Positions 41,606 to 51,836 of a DNA stretch of 64,000 nt are shown here, piece after piece. The stretch is taken from the NCBI GenBank assembly GCA_965223295.1, contig CBDCWC010000003.1, forward strand, positions 352,001-416,000, written 5' to 3'. Positions within the stretch are counted from its first letter, which is position 1; each line of letters begins with the position of its first letter. The DNA is from Nitrospirales bacterium. Lineage in GTDB: Bacteria > Nitrospirota > Nitrospiria > Nitrospirales > UBA8639. The notes beneath the pieces were generated by a model. It was not told the origin of the DNA. It worked only from the letters and a program-made list of their open reading frames with translations, and did not search any database. The position numbers and the translations under genes are program-made.

Positions 41606-42400
41606 TTACCCCTCGACATACCATTGAGGCTGTCGATCCCTGAGTAAATCATTATATGGATTGATGTGTTTATTACGAGCCTCATCCACCACGATTTCAC
41701 ATGTATACAATTCCTGTTCGGTTCGCGAGGCCCGATGCACAATTTGACCATTCGGAGCCACAATTTCACTCCATCCAATAAATGACAAGGCTTCTTTGTT
41801 CCCTCGCTGTTCTTTACCGACTCGGTTGGCGGTAATTGCAAACACCCGATTTTCTAAGCATCGGGTGACCATGGCATCGGGACAATGGGGTAACACAAGA
41901 TTACTGGGATGGCAAAGAATATCGGCCCCTTTGAGAGCTAAGGTTCGAGCTGCCTCGGGATAAAACCAATCAAAACAGACCAAGAGCCCGACTTTTGCCT
42001 GACCAATGTCCCACACATGAAATCCCGTATTGCCAGGAGCAAACCAGAGGGTCTCTTCAAAAAATAGGTGGGTTTTTCGATAGGTTCCCAGATACCCTTT
42101 TGGACCAATTAACACTGCCGAATTATACACACAGTCTTGCCCCCGCTCAGCCAGCCCTACAACAACATGCAGCGCCCGGCTCCCGATCGCCTGCTCAAGA
42201 CGTTGACAGATGGAGCCAGAAGGAACATCTTCCGCCAATTCCCAGGCTTCTTCGTGAGAAACAAATTGGTATCCTGACAGTGCCAGTTCAGGAAGGACCA
42301 AGAGATCCCCTTGGAATGAATGGATAGCCTCGACTATTAATTCCAGATTCTGCTGAATCTCGCCAAACTGCGGAGCAAATTGGAAAAATCCTACTTTCAT
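41606..42400 (-). CDS. Carbon-nitrogen hydrolase (nitrilase superfamily)
   Basis: LVLPEL, YRKTHLF, VCFDW catalytic E-K-C. Confidence 0.9.
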   Translation of the reverse strand: MKVGFFQFAPQFGEIQQNLELIVEAIHSFQGDLLVLPELALSGYQFVSHEEAWELAEDVPSGSICQRLEQAIGSRALHVVVGLAERGQDCVYNSAVLIGPKGYLGTYRKTHLFFEETLWFAPGNTGFHVWDIGQAKVGLLVCFDWFYPEAARTLALKGADILCHPSNLVLPHCPDAMVTRCLENRVFAITANRVGKEQRGNKEALSFIGWSEIVAPNGQIVHRASRTEQELYTCEIVVDEARNKHINPYNDLLRDRQPQWYVEG

Positions 42401-42427
42401 AGTTGCAACAGATTCACATTCACTCAC

Positions 42428-42461
42428 AAAAAAAGCGGGTAGAGTTTCCCCTACCCGCCTT
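42428..42461 (-). terminator. Intrinsic terminator after smbP
   Basis: GCGGGTAG-loop-CTACCCGC followed by T tract on the minus strand. Confidence 0.7.
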
Positions 42462-42487
42462 TCCAGCAATATTCAAAGTTTAACCAA

Positions 42488-42844
42488 TCAATGAACCTCT
42501 TTCATATGCATCACGGCACTCTGAGCGTGCTTTGTTCCAACTTCTGCATGCCCTGCCTTACCATGAGTCACGGCTTCCATCAGCTCATGCACCCCTTCAT
42601 CCAAATGAGGATTCTTCACCTCTTTTTGTGCCGCTTGCGCATGGGTTAAGGCTTCTTGCGCATGCTCCACCAAGGCATCGGCATGCCCCTGTCCTCCATG
42701 TTCTGCCGCGCCTTCGGCATGGGCAATGGCTTCAGCTACATGAGGATTTCCATCAGCAAAGGCCGCGCTCCCCCATGTTCCGACCGTGAGTAATGCCAAC
42801 ATGCCCAACAAACCAATACTTTTCACCAATACTTCAATACGCAT
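42488..42844 (-). CDS. smbP: Small metal-binding protein (SmbP family)
   Basis: Signal peptide and periodic His helices (HGGQGHADALVEHAQEALTHA). Confidence 0.8.
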   Translation of the reverse strand: MRIEVLVKSIGLLGMLALLTVGTWGSAAFADGNPHVAEAIAHAEGAAEHGGQGHADALVEHAQEALTHAQAAQKEVKNPHLDEGVHELMEAVTHGKAGHAEVGTKHAQSAVMHMKEVH

Positions 42845-42924
42845 CTCTAACCTCCTTTTATGTTATAAAAAACCCTAAGAACACTCGTACCCCTTTTCTA
42901 TCCTCTCATGCAGTCTGAATACTT

Positions 42925-43809
42925 TCAAGATGCTTTCATCGGCTCAGCATTGTTCACTTTATGGAGAAGCTTCACATCTTTCTCTGCTGGAGCCGCAAAA
43001 TCTCTCGACCATTCCCACCAAGAACCAGGATAGGTTTTGACCTGGTCAAACCCCACATAGCGCAAGAGACAATAGACCCACGCAGCCCTCACTCCCCCAA
43101 GACAATAGGTAATGATTTCTTGATCTTCTCGCAAACCATGTTCTTCAAAAATTTGTCGAACCTGTTCGGCAGGTTTGACGGTTGCATCTCGTTGAAGAAA
43201 TTGATTCCAGGAAATATTGATAGCCGATGGAATATGTCCGGCCCGCGGCAACCCATCAATCTCTTTCCCAGCATATTCTTCAACGCTGCGGGCATCAAGA
43301 ATCACCGTATTGAGATGTTGCCCCTTCACAATTTTTTTTAAGGCATCCTTATTGATAATAAGCTCTGGATTTGGATTGGCTGTAAAATCCCCCACGGACT
43401 TTTTCATCACATCATGCTCAAAGGGCCGTTGTTCCGCAATCCATTTTACCCAGCCACCATCTAAAATTCGAACGCTCGGATGCCCCAAATACTGCAACAT
43501 CCAAAACATTCGCCCTTCATCTCCCCAGTTATCAAAGGGGTTCGAATAGATCACAACATCACTATCCTGATTAATACCCAGATTCCGAAGCCGTTGTTCC
43601 AGTTGTGATACATCCGGATTCAACACACCTTTGGCCACAGACGAAGGATCGCTGTACTCATGCCACGTACTATGCACCGCTCCTGGAATATGCGAAGAAT
43701 AGGCCGCCCGACCTCGGACATCAATGAGCACTAACCCCTCACGTCCTAAATTTTGAGATAATGTTTCGGAATCAATGAAAAAATTTTGTGTCGCGATCAT
43801 AACCGTCAT
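42925..43809 (-). CDS. Tandem-domain rhodanese/sulfurtransferase
   Basis: HIPGA, LDGG, GHIPSA, YCLGGVRA, YPGSWWEW. Confidence 0.92.
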   Translation of the reverse strand: MTVMIATQNFFIDSETLSQNLGREGLVLIDVRGRAAYSSHIPGAVHSTWHEYSDPSSVAKGVLNPDVSQLEQRLRNLGINQDSDVVIYSNPFDNWGDEGRMFWMLQYLGHPSVRILDGGWVKWIAEQRPFEHDVMKKSVGDFTANPNPELIINKDALKKIVKGQHLNTVILDARSVEEYAGKEIDGLPRAGHIPSAINISWNQFLQRDATVKPAEQVRQIFEEHGLREDQEIITYCLGGVRAAWVYCLLRYVGFDQVKTYPGSWWEWSRDFAAPAEKDVKLLHKVNNAEPMKAS

Positions 43810-43816
43810 ATACCTT

Positions 43817-45139
43817 TTATGAATGAAGTGAAGACATCCGTATCAGATTTTCGGAGGAACTATCCTCGGGAGACACCGCACAACCCACCCGCGGATCAAC
43901 CTCTTGATCCTCTAACGTAGCGGATAACGCCGGACCTAGTGGAAACTCTCGTTCATACACCGTAAACACATAGGGATCATCGGCGGTTAGACTATATTGA
44001 TCCTCCAGCATCTGATGTTGATCATCCGTCAAAATATGATACCGGATTCTAGCCTGTACGCTCCACCCTTTCTCACCTTTAGGCACTTTATAGGCAAAGG
44101 TATAGTCTCGACTGGCTAACGGGAGAAGACGGTTATCATACACCTCGACGATGACTGGTTGCCAGAGGATCCAACGACCCATCGTATCTGCCTGTTGATG
44201 GACGACAGTCCCCTGTGGATTACGGACCATAAATTCAACAGTAAAATGCCGATCCGGATCACCGGTCGGGATCTTATGTCCCGCACCTGCGTTGATAAGA
44301 GTCAGCGTAAAACTGACCTCTTCCCCGGGATTCGGCGCCGGAGGATCAGCCTGCACCTGAACCGCCACAGCCCGCTTGACCATGTCAGGATCGTGCCCAC
44401 CTCGCCAAAGATGCCGTCGGCCAAATCGAATAGGGCTGCCCTTAGCCACCGGACGTTTCACCTCAGGCATATGACAATTCTGACAAATCAACCCTTTCTC
44501 CTTCATAAAAAACGTCCCCTCATATTCGGAGAACGTCCCGCAAGGACCTACGGCATAAAACTGTGTCGGACCAGAAACCACGCTATGGCATCGATAACAG
44601 ACCTGTGTCGTTCGGAAAGACGGATCAAATTGCGTGGGGTGGGGAGCTGCCGAATCATCATAGGGACCCAGGATTTTCCCATCTCGAACATGACAGGCCG
44701 CACAAGTCACCCCTTCCTGTTGATATTCCGGATCGTAGCGATAGTTAGGAATTTCAAAGGCCTTTTCCACACGATCATTGGGAATATCCTGTATCAGCGT
44801 CGGCTGTTGGTTTTCCAAGGGAGTATGACAATTCAAACAGACCCAAATATTGTTATCTTTCTTCCAATAGGCCTGAAAAAATGGATCCTTATAGGCTTGG
44901 GCATGAATGCTAGACTTCCACTCCTGATAAATTTCTTCATGACATTCTCCACATTCTTCCGCTTTGAGACTTTGCAGGCCGATAGGCACCTGCTGATAGG
45001 GAATGGCATGAGCATAATCATCACGTAAGCCAAAAATCACAACGGGGCGCACTTCCGTGTAAAAATAATAGCCCCCAATTCCTACAACCAGAAAGAGGAA
45101 CAGCCACATCCTCACGCGCCAGGATCGTTTAGGCTTCAT
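43817..45139 (-). CDS. Membrane-anchored multihaem cytochrome c (5 CxxCH)
   Basis: CGECH, CLNCH, CAACH, CYRCH, CQNCH; N-terminal TM; GHKIPTG. Confidence 0.88.
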   Translation of the reverse strand: MKPKRSWRVRMWLFLFLVVGIGGYYFYTEVRPVVIFGLRDDYAHAIPYQQVPIGLQSLKAEECGECHEEIYQEWKSSIHAQAYKDPFFQAYWKKDNNIWVCLNCHTPLENQQPTLIQDIPNDRVEKAFEIPNYRYDPEYQQEGVTCAACHVRDGKILGPYDDSAAPHPTQFDPSFRTTQVCYRCHSVVSGPTQFYAVGPCGTFSEYEGTFFMKEKGLICQNCHMPEVKRPVAKGSPIRFGRRHLWRGGHDPDMVKRAVAVQVQADPPAPNPGEEVSFTLTLINAGAGHKIPTGDPDRHFTVEFMVRNPQGTVVHQQADTMGRWILWQPVIVEVYDNRLLPLASRDYTFAYKVPKGEKGWSVQARIRYHILTDDQHQMLEDQYSLTADDPYVFTVYEREFPLGPALSATLEDQEVDPRVGCAVSPEDSSSENLIRMSSLHS

Positions 45140-45144
45140 GGGCC

Positions 45145-46089
45145 TCAAATCTCAAGCAACTCCTGAATGTGCTGATCGACCGATCCGGCCAAAGCTTGTA
45201 AATGATAGCCTCCCTCTAAACAAGCCAAAAGACGTCCCCCAGAGAAATTCTTGGCAATCGAAGCCACAATCGTTGTGAGATCTTTATAGCCCTGTCTTGT
45301 CAGATTCATACTGGCAAGGGGATCATCCCGATGAGCGTCAAACCCAGCTGAAATCACCACGAATTCAGGCTGAAATGCCTCGGCCGCTGGGACCAACACG
45401 TTCTGAAACACTGCGCCATACTCCTCATTTCCCTGTCCTCCTGAGAGAGGCACATTAATGGTGAAGCCTTTGCCCTTTCCATGACCAGTTTCCTTGGCAT
45501 ACCCAGTTCCAGGATAAAAGGGAAATTGATGTGTGCTAAAAAACAAAACCGTCTCATCATTGTAGAAAGCATGTTGTGTCCCATTTCCATGATGCACATC
45601 CCAATCCACAATTAAGATGCGCTGCAGACCATGTTGTTGCTGTATATACCGGGCCGCAACCGCCACCGTGTTCAAAAAACAAAATCCCATCGCACGATCA
45701 GCCTCGGCATGATGCCCGGGCGGGCGGGCTGCACAAAACGCTTGATCAATCTCGTGGTTCATTATGGCATCAACCGCAGCCAGCGCACCGCCAGTCGCCA
45801 GATACGCCGCGTCCAAGGTGCCTGGAGACATCGTCGTGTCCGGATCTAAGGACGTATAGCCATCATGAGGAGAACGTCTTTCTAGACTATCGAGATAGGA
45901 CGGAGCATGAATGTGTTCAATCCACTGCCGTTCAGCTCGGCGAGGTGTTAGTTGATATAAACGAGACCAAGTCCCGGAGGATTGTAACTGAGCACAAATG
46001 GCGCGAAGCCGCTCGGGCGCCTCAGGATGGCCACGCCCCATTTCGTGGCCCAAATACCGAGGATCATACACAAAACCGACACGTCCCAT
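45145..46089 (-). CDS. Histone deacetylase-family amidohydrolase
   Basis: HPEAPERL, RPPGHHA, DWDVHHGNGTQ, SAGFDAH, LEGGY. Confidence 0.93.
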   Translation of the reverse strand: MGRVGFVYDPRYLGHEMGRGHPEAPERLRAICAQLQSSGTWSRLYQLTPRRAERQWIEHIHAPSYLDSLERRSPHDGYTSLDPDTTMSPGTLDAAYLATGGALAAVDAIMNHEIDQAFCAARPPGHHAEADRAMGFCFLNTVAVAARYIQQQHGLQRILIVDWDVHHGNGTQHAFYNDETVLFFSTHQFPFYPGTGYAKETGHGKGKGFTINVPLSGGQGNEEYGAVFQNVLVPAAEAFQPEFVVISAGFDAHRDDPLASMNLTRQGYKDLTTIVASIAKNFSGGRLLACLEGGYHLQALAGSVDQHIQELLEI

Positions 46090-46289
46090 GGCTACGAAAT
46101 CTGAAGGTTCACAATCACAACATGAATGGGGAAACAATCAACACATGCCCGATTTTTGACTGGACTTTAGGAAGGAAAATCGTGCTGAATCCTACCATAG
46201 CCTCTGTTCTTAGACAACGCATTCAGGGACATGATAGGGTGATGGTTCTTCATCAAAACTAGAGGTATTCTGTCAGAAAACAATCCGTT

Positions 46290-46607
46290 ATGGCGAATCC
46301 CAAAATCGAACAATTCAAGAAAGTTTTGCAGCTTGACCCCAAGGACGAAACTCTTTGGTTTGGATTAGGGAAAGCCTATATGAGCGAAAAAAATTGGGGA
46401 GAAGCCATTCCCGCCCTGGAACAATGCATTCAGGTCAGATCTGACTATTCCGCAGCATTCTATGCTTTGGCCCAGTCACTCCAACAACAAAACGAGTATG
46501 AGAAATGTCGGTCCGTATGCACCGACGGTATCGCCGTCGCGACAACCAATGGCGACTTGCTTGTTATTAAAAATTTGGAAGAACTGCGAAACTCGCTTCC
46601 CTCCTGA
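46290..46607 (+). CDS. TPR protein
   Basis: DPKDETLWFGLGKAY, DYSAAFYALAQ. Confidence 0.85.
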   Translation: MANPKIEQFKKVLQLDPKDETLWFGLGKAYMSEKNWGEAIPALEQCIQVRSDYSAAFYALAQSLQQQNEYEKCRSVCTDGIAVATTNGDLLVIKNLEELRNSLPS

Positions 46608-46661
46608 TCACTGCTCGAAAGAGTTTCCAGTCCAAAGAGAACAGCTTCCATCTCATCTAAA

Positions 46662-46851
46662 GCGAGCGTTGAATAATGAGGTATCAAAGGCCATGGTTCG
46701 TCAGATAGCCCTTGGCGATCAACAACGTCGGGTCGGCTCAAAAAATTCCGTCCAGCAAGGCCACAGCCATTTTTGCGCGCGGAGCGTACTGGCACGACGT
46801 GAGCACGGAAAAATGGCGAGAACGCCACTGACGGCTTTTTTCAACAGACCC
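46662..46851 (-). repeat. Family-B MITE-like repeat
   Basis: Highly similar to 47742-47932 and, inverted, to 58002-58188. Confidence 0.8.
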
Positions 46852-47613
46852 CTAAAGCATATTCTCGATCATTTGAATTTCTCTTGCCGGCATCTTAAAC
46901 CGCGCAAATGCATTGTGAGCAAGGAGCCGCACCCGAGGATACCTGGGTGTTCCTGAGGAACGCGTGACATAGGAGACTTGGTGAATTCGTATGGCATTCT
47001 GGGCAATCTGCGCCGGAGCATTCCACAGAGTTAACAACACTGCGCTCAATTGCGGCACTTCGGCTAATACTCCAACCAGCATGCCGGTTAAACGCTGAAG
47101 ATCCAAAGAACAAATATCTCGCCTGGAAACAGCCTTCTCCATAATATCTGGAACACTCACAGCCAAGAGGACTGGTGCACAATATTTTTCCAATTGTTTC
47201 GCCTTTTCACTCATACGAGCTACCAAACGTTTCACCAAGGCCTGCTCAAAGAACTCATCGAATTCATCATCTTTTTCGTCACGCAGAATAGCCTGAGATC
47301 TCTTCACTGAACCCTGCGTCGATTGAATAACCGTCACTTCTACAAAGAGTCGGTGTCCATCGACATAGCATTCTAAATCAGCGGTCCTGCCACTTGATGC
47401 TTTTAAAAAAGACAATGAAAATCCCGCCTCAGCCAGGAAAGAGGCGGTTTGAATTTCTGCCTGCGCCGATGTACTCTGCCCTGAGGGGAACTGACTGATT
47501 TGCGCCCACAAGTCAGCGAGCCGATTCTGGCTATCTCCATCAGGACAACATCCCATCAATCTCTGCCACTGGTCATGAACAGGCAAAAGATAGCCTGAAA
47601 GGTTTTCGTTCAT
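46852..47613 (-). CDS. Hypothetical protein (possible PD-(D/E)xK-like fold)
   Basis: AAGGAGG RBS; AEIQTASFL...TADLECYVDGHRLFVEVT. Confidence 0.65.
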   Translation of the reverse strand: MNENLSGYLLPVHDQWQRLMGCCPDGDSQNRLADLWAQISQFPSGQSTSAQAEIQTASFLAEAGFSLSFLKASSGRTADLECYVDGHRLFVEVTVIQSTQGSVKRSQAILRDEKDDEFDEFFEQALVKRLVARMSEKAKQLEKYCAPVLLAVSVPDIMEKAVSRRDICSLDLQRLTGMLVGVLAEVPQLSAVLLTLWNAPAQIAQNAIRIHQVSYVTRSSGTPRYPRVRLLAHNAFARFKMPAREIQMIENML

Positions 47614-47741
47614 GAAAGAGAGTCCTCCTTGATTACCTGTACAAGCATACCAAGAACTGAAAAAACCTGGCTATCTTCAAAGCAGAATGAGAGGAAACAA
47701 AGAATGGACGCAGAATGGGAGAAACAGATTCTGTTGACAAA

Positions 47742-47932
47742 GGGAGTGTTGAATAATGATGATATCAAGAGTCATATTTCGCCAGGAAGCCCTTGGCGAT
47801 CAACCGCGTCGGGTCGGTTCAAAAAAATCCGTCCAGCAAGGCCACAGCCATGTTTGCGCGCGGAACGTACTGGTATGACGTGAGCACGGAAAAAGGGGGA
47901 GAACGCCGCTGACGGCTTTTTTCAACAGACCC
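47742..47932 (-). repeat. Family-B MITE-like repeat
   Basis: Ends GGGAGTGTTGAATAA ... TTTTTCAACAGACCC form an imperfect terminal IR. Confidence 0.8.
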
Positions 47933-48040
47933 ACAAAATAAGAAACCCGTCTTTATGGCAACGGCCTACTAGTTCTCTGACTCGAGTTTTGTCATACGAG
48001 GCCTGCGAAGATGGCCAGCCACAGGCTTGAGCAGTTTTTC

Positions 48041-48472
48041 CTAGTCGCGTGAGCGCTGAATGGTCTGATAAATCACTTCCAATAATTTTTCCAGCTCTAC
48101 GCTCTTCGTAAACACCTGACAGACTCCTTCGCGTTGAACTTCATCAACATTGAACGCACCAGTATAGGCCGTCAACAAAATGATCGGCACGGAAGGACGC
48201 CGTTGGCGAATATGTTTCGCCGTCTCTACGCCATTGAGACCCGACATTTTATAATCCAAAATGACGACGTCGGCCAAAACCATTGTATGGGCTTGTTCAA
48301 TGATTGACTCCCCTGATTCAAACTCATGAACCTCGAACCCTTTTCGCCGCAAACGCCTCGCCAAACTGGTCCGCACAACCTGGTCATCATCGACAATACA
48401 GAGATGATGCCGGGACTGTTGATTACGGCCCAGCTTACCGGAAAGATGCTCGGGATTATTGCTCACAGACAC
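48041..48472 (-). CDS. Single-domain response regulator receiver
   Basis: IVDDD, ILDYKM (phospho-Asp), LLTAY, FTK. Confidence 0.88.
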   Translation of the reverse strand: MSVSNNPEHLSGKLGRNQQSRHHLCIVDDDQVVRTSLARRLRRKGFEVHEFESGESIIEQAHTMVLADVVILDYKMSGLNGVETAKHIRQRRPSVPIILLTAYTGAFNVDEVQREGVCQVFTKSVELEKLLEVIYQTIQRSRD

Positions 48473-48552
48473 CGATGTAGAGTGAAGAAAAAAAGAAAGG
48501 CAGAGACCACCTTGAAAGCACGCATTACATTCACGACTAGAATGTAACTTTA

Positions 48553-50109
48553 TTAGCGTTCTCGCTTGATTCCCAGCTTTTTTAAACGGCTCCTGAGAGT
48601 GCTAGGATTCAAGCCAAGCTGCTTGGCGGCTCCTAACGGTCCATCAATACGCCATTCACAGACTTTCAGGGCTTCTTGTATCCGAGACCGTTCCATGTCC
48701 TTCAAGTTGGTCGACGTACTGCTTACTACACGAGAGGAATGGCTCGGGAAAAAGGCATCATCAATCGTGAGCAAGTCTGAATTCGAAAGGATCATGGCCC
48801 GTTCAATAATATTTTTTAACTCCCTAATATTACCCGGCCAATGATACTCCAACAATTTTTGTAAGGAAGCGTCATCAATATCCTGGCAAGGGCGCTTGAA
48901 TTCCAGCCGGTTTTTTTCCATGAAATGTCGAACCAGTAAAGGAATATCTTGCGGCCGCTCACGAAGCGGTGGGACTTCAATGGGAAAAACGTGCAGTCGG
49001 TAAAATAAATCTGAACGAAATCGCCCTTCTTCCATGGCTTTACTCAATTCAGCGTTCGTCGCAGCAATAATTCTGACATCCACTTCCAAACTCTGAACAC
49101 TTCCCACCCGTTCAATAATTCCATCCTGCAGCACCCGCAATAATTTGGCCTGAGCTTCTAGAGGCATTTCTCCAATTTCATCTAAAAATAAGGCTCCCCC
49201 ATTGGCCAGTTCAAATTTCCCTGGTCTTAGCTGTTCCGCTCCAGTAAATGCTCCCTTTTCATGCCCAAACAATTCACTTTCCACCAATCCAGAGGGGAGT
49301 GACGCACAGTTAACCCGAACAAAAGGCTTTTCATGTCTCGGGCTTAACTCGTGGATGAACCGGGCTAGTAATTCTTTACCCGTTCCCGTTTCACCGGTGA
49401 TGAGAACCGAAGTATTGGTCGGAGCTACGGCTTGTGCTAACTCTATGATATTTTTAACCTTTTGGCTCTTTCCAATCATCGCCCCAAAATCATGCGAAAT
49501 TTTTATCTCTTCAAGTAAATAGGCATTTTCGCGGGCAAGCTTATCTCGTAAACGGCGAATTTCTTCATAGGCTTGCACATGATCAATTGCTAGTGCGATT
49601 TGTTTGGCTACCTGAGCCAAAAATTCCACGTTCTCTGGATCTGGCTTTCCAGACTCAACACTGCCGATGTTCAGAGAACCAAGACAGCTGTCACCAACCA
49701 TCAGTGGAAGGTTGATCATGCGCCCTAAGCCTTCTTCCCGATAATATGCATCCTCTAAAAACATTTGTTCTTGTTGAATATGGGGACGGATGTGTATTTG
49801 GCGATTGGCATACACCCAACCCATCGCACTACCTTCACGTGGAATGACCGCATCGCACTTCAAACGTACGATAGGCATGCTGGTCTCAACGGCATAAAAT
49901 CGAAAGGCATCAATATCTGCATGATAGAGAGTGATCCCTGCGCGCTCCCAGGAAACTATTTGTTTAATATGACCGGCAATAGCTTTCCAGAGACTTTCCG
50001 TGTCTTGCTGAAAATTGAGGACATTCGTGACCTCAAGTAGCGTTCGATAAAAGGTTTGTTTGTGAGGATTAATGGACTTGCCTGATAAGGAAGGAATATT
50101 CAATGACAC
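48553..50109 (-). CDS. GAF-domain sigma-54-dependent activator (FhlA/NifA-like)
   Basis: GAF, GETGTGKE, ELFGHEKGAFTGA, FLDEIGE, WPGNIREL, C-terminal HTH. Confidence 0.93.
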   Translation of the reverse strand: MSLNIPSLSGKSINPHKQTFYRTLLEVTNVLNFQQDTESLWKAIAGHIKQIVSWERAGITLYHADIDAFRFYAVETSMPIVRLKCDAVIPREGSAMGWVYANRQIHIRPHIQQEQMFLEDAYYREEGLGRMINLPLMVGDSCLGSLNIGSVESGKPDPENVEFLAQVAKQIALAIDHVQAYEEIRRLRDKLARENAYLLEEIKISHDFGAMIGKSQKVKNIIELAQAVAPTNTSVLITGETGTGKELLARFIHELSPRHEKPFVRVNCASLPSGLVESELFGHEKGAFTGAEQLRPGKFELANGGALFLDEIGEMPLEAQAKLLRVLQDGIIERVGSVQSLEVDVRIIAATNAELSKAMEEGRFRSDLFYRLHVFPIEVPPLRERPQDIPLLVRHFMEKNRLEFKRPCQDIDDASLQKLLEYHWPGNIRELKNIIERAMILSNSDLLTIDDAFFPSHSSRVVSSTSTNLKDMERSRIQEALKVCEWRIDGPLGAAKQLGLNPSTLRSRLKKLGIKRER

Positions 50110-50402
50110 CTACTCTTTCCCGGCCAAAATTTGATAATCATCATGCTTGGATTCCACCGCAAAACAAAAGCAAAATTGATACCGTTACTAATTTATAGTT
50201 TTTCTTCTAAATTTTGGTATCAACAATACACTTTAAGTTGATTGTCGCGGTTTTATGTATTTTTCCTTGATATTTCCATAGTATTCACTTAAATATCACA
50301 CAATTCTTTATATATAGATTTCTAGAAAATTGTCTACGTGTGAAATTGCACATTAAGATATGTGTGAATTCGCACTTCTTGTTTCTTGAATATTCTTTAG
50401 AC

Positions 50403-50439
50403 AAAAAAGCAGGGGGCGACGGGTGTCGCCCCCTGCTTT
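50403..50439 (-). terminator. nxrB terminator
   Basis: GCAGGGGGCGAC-loop-GTCGCCCCCTGC with T tract on the minus strand. Confidence 0.85.
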
Positions 50440-50466
50440 CTCCTCAACGGTGCCCGTCGGCTCCGC

Positions 50467-51756
50467 TTACAGCCAGTTCACCCGTTCGGCCGGACGGATG
50501 TAAATCGGCTCTTCCACTTGCTGCCGCACCGCTTCCTTGCCCGACTTGTTGAAGCCCAATACCGTGTCGTTATACATCTCAAACTTCCGACCGTGAATTT
50601 GGGTCTCAAACACTTTCGGCCCCGGAATGACGTCATACCGGAAGATGATCTGTTGGCTCGCTCGCCATAACTGCAGCACCGCCAACAATTCCCGGCTCGG
50701 CACCAAATACTTCTCAATGGCATTGTCCACCCCCGGCCCAAACATCTGCCGGATGTAGCCCCGCGGCGCTTGCCGCGGCGGAATGTAATACCCATTGGGC
50801 TCCGTGCCCCATTGCGGGTACAACGGCAACGCCACTTGTTCCACCCGAATCGCATAATACAATGGATTCCAGCGGTCTTCCGCCCATAACCCGTCATCGC
50901 CCACTTTGACGAGCCCTTGCAGACGGATCTTGCCCACGCACGCCGCCATACACCGCGTTTCCATCGGCTCCCCACCCGTCAGCGGATCTTTGCCCTCTAC
51001 CCGCGGATAGCAGGCAATACACTTCTCACTGACCCGGGTGGTCCCCCGATACATCGGCTTTTTGAACGGACATTGCTCCACACATTTTTTGTACCCCCGG
51101 CACCGGTTTTGGTCAATTAAGACAATCCCGTCCTCCGGCCGCTTGTAGATGGCCTTTCTTGGACAGGCCGCCAAACAGCCCGGATAGGTACAGTGGTTAC
51201 AGATGCGTTGCAGATAGAAGAAGTACGTTTCATGCTCCGGCAAGCTGCTGCCGGTCATTTTCCAGGGTTCTTCTTTCGTGAACCCCGTCTTATCCACGCC
51301 TTCGACAATGGCCCGCATCGACGTCGCCGTGTCTTCGTAGATGTTCACGAAGCGCCATTCTTGGTCCGTCGGGATGTACCCAATGGCCGCTTGGCCGATT
51401 TTGGCCCCCGCGTCAAAGATCGTCATCCCTTCAAACACCCCATACGGCGCATGGTGCTTGCGGCCCACCCGCACATTCCACACCTGCCCGCCAGGATTGA
51501 CTTGCTCAATCAACTGCGTGATTTTCACATCATAGAACTGTGGGTAGCCCCCATAGGGCTTCGTTTCCACATTGTTCCACCACATGTATTCCTGCCCTTT
51601 GCTGAATAGCCACGTCGACTTATCCGCCATCGAACAGGTTTGACACGCTAAACACCGATTGATGTTGAACACAAATGCAAATTGCCATTTCGGATGCCGC
51701 TCCTCATACGGATACAGCATCTTCCGGCCTAAGTGCCAATTATAGACTTCTGGCAT
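50467..51756 (-). CDS. nxrB: Nitrite oxidoreductase beta subunit (Nitrospira type)
   Basis: MPEVYNWHLGR..., NINRCLACQTC, CNHCTYPGCLAACP, 429 aa. Confidence 0.96.
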   Translation of the reverse strand: MPEVYNWHLGRKMLYPYEERHPKWQFAFVFNINRCLACQTCSMADKSTWLFSKGQEYMWWNNVETKPYGGYPQFYDVKITQLIEQVNPGGQVWNVRVGRKHHAPYGVFEGMTIFDAGAKIGQAAIGYIPTDQEWRFVNIYEDTATSMRAIVEGVDKTGFTKEEPWKMTGSSLPEHETYFFYLQRICNHCTYPGCLAACPRKAIYKRPEDGIVLIDQNRCRGYKKCVEQCPFKKPMYRGTTRVSEKCIACYPRVEGKDPLTGGEPMETRCMAACVGKIRLQGLVKVGDDGLWAEDRWNPLYYAIRVEQVALPLYPQWGTEPNGYYIPPRQAPRGYIRQMFGPGVDNAIEKYLVPSRELLAVLQLWRASQQIIFRYDVIPGPKVFETQIHGRKFEMYNDTVLGFNKSGKEAVRQQVEEPIYIRPAERVNWL

Positions 51757-51836
51757 GGTAGTGATTCCTCCATTTGGTTATAGATGCATTCAGCATAATT
51801 AATTTGGTTACCAGATAATTCATTTTAAGATTAAAG

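Noticed and set aside
44159-46262. 289-aa and 228-aa + strand ORFs
   Set aside because: Overlap well-supported minus-strand cytochrome and deacetylase genes
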